From Mytilus trossulus (Eukaryota): a stretch of DNA of 64,000 nucleotides. Position numbers and translations under genes: made by a program. The stretch covers positions 16,244,001-16,308,000 of the forward strand of contig NC_086378.1 of assembly GCF_036588685.1 (NCBI RefSeq), given 5' to 3'. Shown here piece after piece: positions 59,998 to 64,000 of this stretch (positions are counted from its first letter, which is position 1; each line of letters starts with the position of its first letter). The notes under the pieces are model-generated. The model did no database searches, was not told the origin of the DNA, and saw only the letters and a list, made by a program, of their open reading frames with translations.

Positions 59998-60521
59998 GAA
60001 TACCTCTAAAATGTGTTTGATGAAGACTAACAAGCTAACTTTACATTTGTCTGATTTTTGTTAACTTTTGGAGTTTGACGACATGAATGAGTTATATTAA
60101 GGTACCATTATTTCTGTTTTCATTATTTAAAACATGATGGTCTCAAATGAGTTCGTCATGTGCATATTGCAAGCAGAACAGGATTTTTTTGTTATCACAA
60201 ATCTGTTTTATTCTGACTGAATTATCCTTACCCAGATATAAATTATGCAGTCAACTGCGACCTTTAGCTGATTTCACTTCAATTCTCCAGTATAATTATT
60301 TGTGATCTGAAAATCAAAAAAGAAAGTTTAAATTATAGAACTGACAAATTTGTATCCCTAATACGGGTATTTTCAGTATCAATATAAAATAGCAGTAACT
60401 GTAATTAGAAAGAAAATTCATAAAGCTTTGACATATTGTAATATATTTGAAAGTAAAGATTGGACAATGCTACACTGAATATTTGGATTGTCAATTGATC
60501 TATAATTAACCCAAGATAATA

Positions 60522-60800
60522 CAGCTATTTCCACTGAGTGTGTAGCCAAAGGTAATATCTTTGGTTAGCTTGCTTGTTAGCTGAACCGTGAAGTCATTGT
60601 TAGGTTAGGTAAACTACCCTACATGCACTTTAAACTTAGACTAGTGCGACGGAAAACTTATTTTAATCTGTCTGTTGGACTATGCTACTTTGAAAGGAGG
60701 GTATATAGTATACCTGACCCTATAATGACTTTATGGTTCAGCTAACAAGCAAGCTAACCAAAGATATTACCTTTTGCTACAAACTCAATGGAATCAGCTG
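60522..60800. mobile_element. 279-bp MITE with ~90-bp TIRs and TA TSD (Tc1/mariner-like)
   Basis: TA|CAGCT.TTTCCA...AAAGGTAATATCTTTGGTTAGCTTGCTTGTTAGCTGAACC matches the reverse complement ending GGAATCAGCTG|TA. Confidence 0.9.
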
Positions 60801-61846
60801 TAAGACAGATACTAATAAAAAGCACATTTGTCAATGTGGGCAAGGATTTCTATGTGTTTGAGGAAGAATACTTTAAAATGTGTTCCCTTTCTAAACTTTT
60901 GATCTTAAAATGTATATACATTGTATTAGCTCATTGAATATTTTTTCCTGATTTAAAACTAAATGTTTGGTCTCAAATGTGTTTGATGATGCAAATTTAT
61001 TTGTTTGCTTACTGAAAATGTTCTCAAATATGCTTGATCTCTACTTAAGTTACCCTCCAAAACTTTTGGTCTTAAACGTGTTTGTTGAAATTAACTTTAT
61101 ATCTGCTTGCTTTCTAAAATTTTTGGTCTCAAATGTTTAATAATCCTTACTGAAATGTACCAGATGCAACCAACTGTGACTGTAAGAGGAGTCTAGTGCT
61201 AATTCTCCAAACAATGTTAAATGCTATAAATTATCTGAAAATAAAAAAAAAGATAATGAATCTACACTGGAATATCAATAGTATAATCATACAACAAATA
61301 TTGACTGAAACTAGTACTATTATAGTCATGAACATGATGAAGCTACATCATATTGTCATGAGATAAAAGGAACTAATGATAGGCAAACTTCTTAATGTTG
61401 CAATTGTTGACCTTTGTTTTTGATGAGGGTAGTTTTTCTTGTAAACTTTTTTAGATGAAGGTAACTTTTACATTTGTTCATCTAGTCTCATAAGTAAAAA
61501 ATGTAAAACTACTACCTTTGAGACTAAATAAATAATAATTGTTAGGTTGATGTTTAGACGAGTTGTATATATATACATATGAAGTCTCCGAATGATTGTA
61601 TAATAAAAACTATATATATATATATATATACCTTAACATGCTTATAAATACAGGTACAGAGTCCTTTCACTCCCAGAACATGTTTGAACCCTTAATGTTT
61701 ATTTTTATTCAAATACATTTAGTACTGGTTGAAAAATTAGAAGATTTTAAGATGTACATGATGTATACATCCAAATATTTATATTTTCATTAATAATTAA
61801 TAGGATAGCCTTTGAAAAAGCATTTGCTATATATACATGATATATA

Positions 61847-62389
61847 TGTTCCGGACCATCATGACCATATGAGTATTTGGACCATATGCATATGGTCATG
61901 ACTATATGGTTATATACTCATATGGTCAGGGTAATTAACACTCTAATACAGTTTACTTATAATACTTCTAAACTCTTCATATGGTATGACCGTTCATTAA
62001 AAAGACGCTATCATACAGTTAATTTTATTATTTATTATAATCATGATAATAAAACAATTTGCTTAAATAAAAATTAAAAGTTTCACACTGAGTTAATTTT
62101 TCTTTCTTGTCAAAACTATAATAAACACATTTTATACCAATGGTCATTACCGATGGTCGTTACTAATTTGTTATTACAATTGAATGGCGATATGTCGACT
62201 TCAAAAAAAAATCAAAAAATTTCTTAAAGAACTGCTACACAAGAAGTCACTGCAAAGTAACATAGTTTATTTAAAAACGAGTATTATACTCATATGGTCC
62301 AACCATACACATACAGTCAGACCATATAAGTATACGCATTTGGTCATGACCATACGCATATGGTCCAAATACTCATATGGTCCGGAACA
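61847..62389. mobile_element. Ginger-like MITE (TGT termini, 4-bp TSD TATA), short form
   Basis: TATA|TGTTCCGGACCAT...ATGGTCCGGAACA|TATA with palindromic ACCATAYGCRTATGGT subterminal repeats. Confidence 0.85.
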
Positions 62390-62616
62390 TATACTGTGTA
62401 TCTCGCACAAAAATGTCAAAATCTAGGTTGTTTATTTAAAACTGTTTACATACAAAACACTGGGCATCATAAATCAATCTAGTTATATGCTATATCTTAA
62501 TGCAATACATAAATTACCATGTAAAAATAAACAAGACTAGTTGCAGATTTGCAAACACAGCAATTTAAGGTTGAATTAACGACAATATTTTGTTTTTGAC
62601 ATGTTTGATATGTAAA

Positions 62617-63617
62617 TGTTCCAGACCATATGAGTATTTGGACCATACGTGTATGGTCATGACCATATGGGTATATACTCATATGGTCGGGGTAATTAAC
62701 AGGTTTACTTCTAGTTGTCACGTCATTAAAAAGACACTATCAAAGGTAATTTTATTATAGATCTATACAAAAATTAAAAATAACAAGATGAACAAAATGA
62801 AAATAAGCAGTTTCACACAGTAAATTTCATCACTAGTCAAAACTACAGTAAAAACATTTTTTTTCTTCATTTATCGATGTGTTATTACGAGTGAATGGCA
62901 AAATGTCGACTTGAGAAGATAACTTCCAAAAATATCTTAATATACTGTTACACAAGAAATCAATTGTTTTACTACATGTACTATAAACTGACGTAAATTC
63001 AACATGATAAAGACTCTAATAATTTGCTTACTTTTGAAACTTTATATAATAAGCATTTATTTAGCAGTGCAATATTCAGACTTTTTATGCTAATACGTGT
63101 TTTTGTTGTCAAAAAATGAATGACGTAACCGGCAAGGACCCTAGTTTAATTTTCTAAGTTGACTGGTGATATGATGCTCTTCAGTCTTGTTACGATAATG
63201 GAGATCTAGAGCTTTTTAAAAACATCGTAGACACATCAGAATGACCAAGGACCCAAGAAAAGCTATGTTACTGTATGGAAATAAATGTCACCCTACGCAT
63301 ACAAGCAATAATACCATTAGCGATGAAAAGTAGCTTTGGCATAATTATTTATTGCTATTTGAATTGTAAATAATGCAATAGCATGTACAAATCATTGTTT
63401 TTTATAAAGTTTTCTAATGCATATTATTGAAAAACAAATACCTCTATGGTCCAAATATTCATATGGTCCGGCCCGTTAATAACCAAACGAGTATCATACT
63501 CATATGTCCGACCCATCGTGTACGGTCGGACCATACGCGTATGGTCGGACCATATGAGTATACGCATATGGTCATGACCATACGCGTATGGTCCAAATAC
63601 TCATATGGTCCAGAACA
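62617..63617. mobile_element. Ginger-like MITE (TGT termini, 4-bp TSD TAAA), long form
   Basis: TAAA|TGTTCCAGACCATATGAGTATTTGGACC...GGTCCAAATACTCATATGGTCCAGAACA|TAAA. The interior is homologous to 61847-62389 with about 460 bp extra. Confidence 0.85.
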
Positions 63618-64000
63618 TAAACATGGTAAACAAGCAAGTTTAAGTAAGCACTATTTATCATTTTATTACACAGCAAAACTTACTTCGTAAAAAATTTAAT
63701 TAAAGTTCTGTGTTTATGGTGCTTTATATAACTGGTAAAATGTAATAAGACTAATCGAGATCATGTTGAACATCTGAAATCACTTTATTTGAATAATTAT
63801 GTCTTTTACAGAACTTTTTGAAGGACTGGTTATTCAAATTAACTTAATTTTCAATACAAAAATTTAGTAGACATGGTAATTATAAACAAATACTCAAATA
63901 TATTTATATTTATATTAGTTACAGGGATTTGCTTTCAAATAACAAAGAACATCGACCAATAAGAATAGTGAGAAGAAAATGCCGAGAACTATAAGTATTT

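Overview
AT-rich eukaryotic genomic DNA. The repeat complement (DINE/HINE-type elements with GGAC/GAC microsatellites, Penelope-like relics with minimal hammerheads) suggests a bivalve mollusc, most like Mytilus; this is an inference. One host gene is reconstructable on the minus strand: a signal-peptide exon plus five phase-1/1 immunoglobulin-domain exons (32333 to 13496), probably followed by a decayed sixth Ig exon. The largest feature is an apparently intact endonuclease-bearing Helitron (Helentron/Helitron2) on the minus strand. Its ~2782-aa ORF carries tandem repeats, a herpes-tegument-type deubiquitinase, an OTU protease, a Cys-rich region, an HUH Rep and a PIF1 helicase. An APE/EEP endonuclease follows in the -1 frame, joined at an in-frame A_AAT_TTT heptamer. 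About 115 nt after the endonuclease stop, on the same strand, is a near-complete HDV-like ribozyme fold. Twister-like and minimal hammerhead motifs occur in several dispersed repeats, so three self-cleaving ribozyme classes appear in this window. The rest is a dense nest of mobile DNA: Tx1/L1 and RTEX-like LINE relics, Penelope-like RT fragments, a decayed AcademX-like transposon, CACTA/EnSpm-like, Ginger-like and Tc1-like non-autonomous elements, a canonical non-autonomous Helitron, HINEs and satellites. All assignments come from reading the sequence by eye; no searches or folding programs were run.
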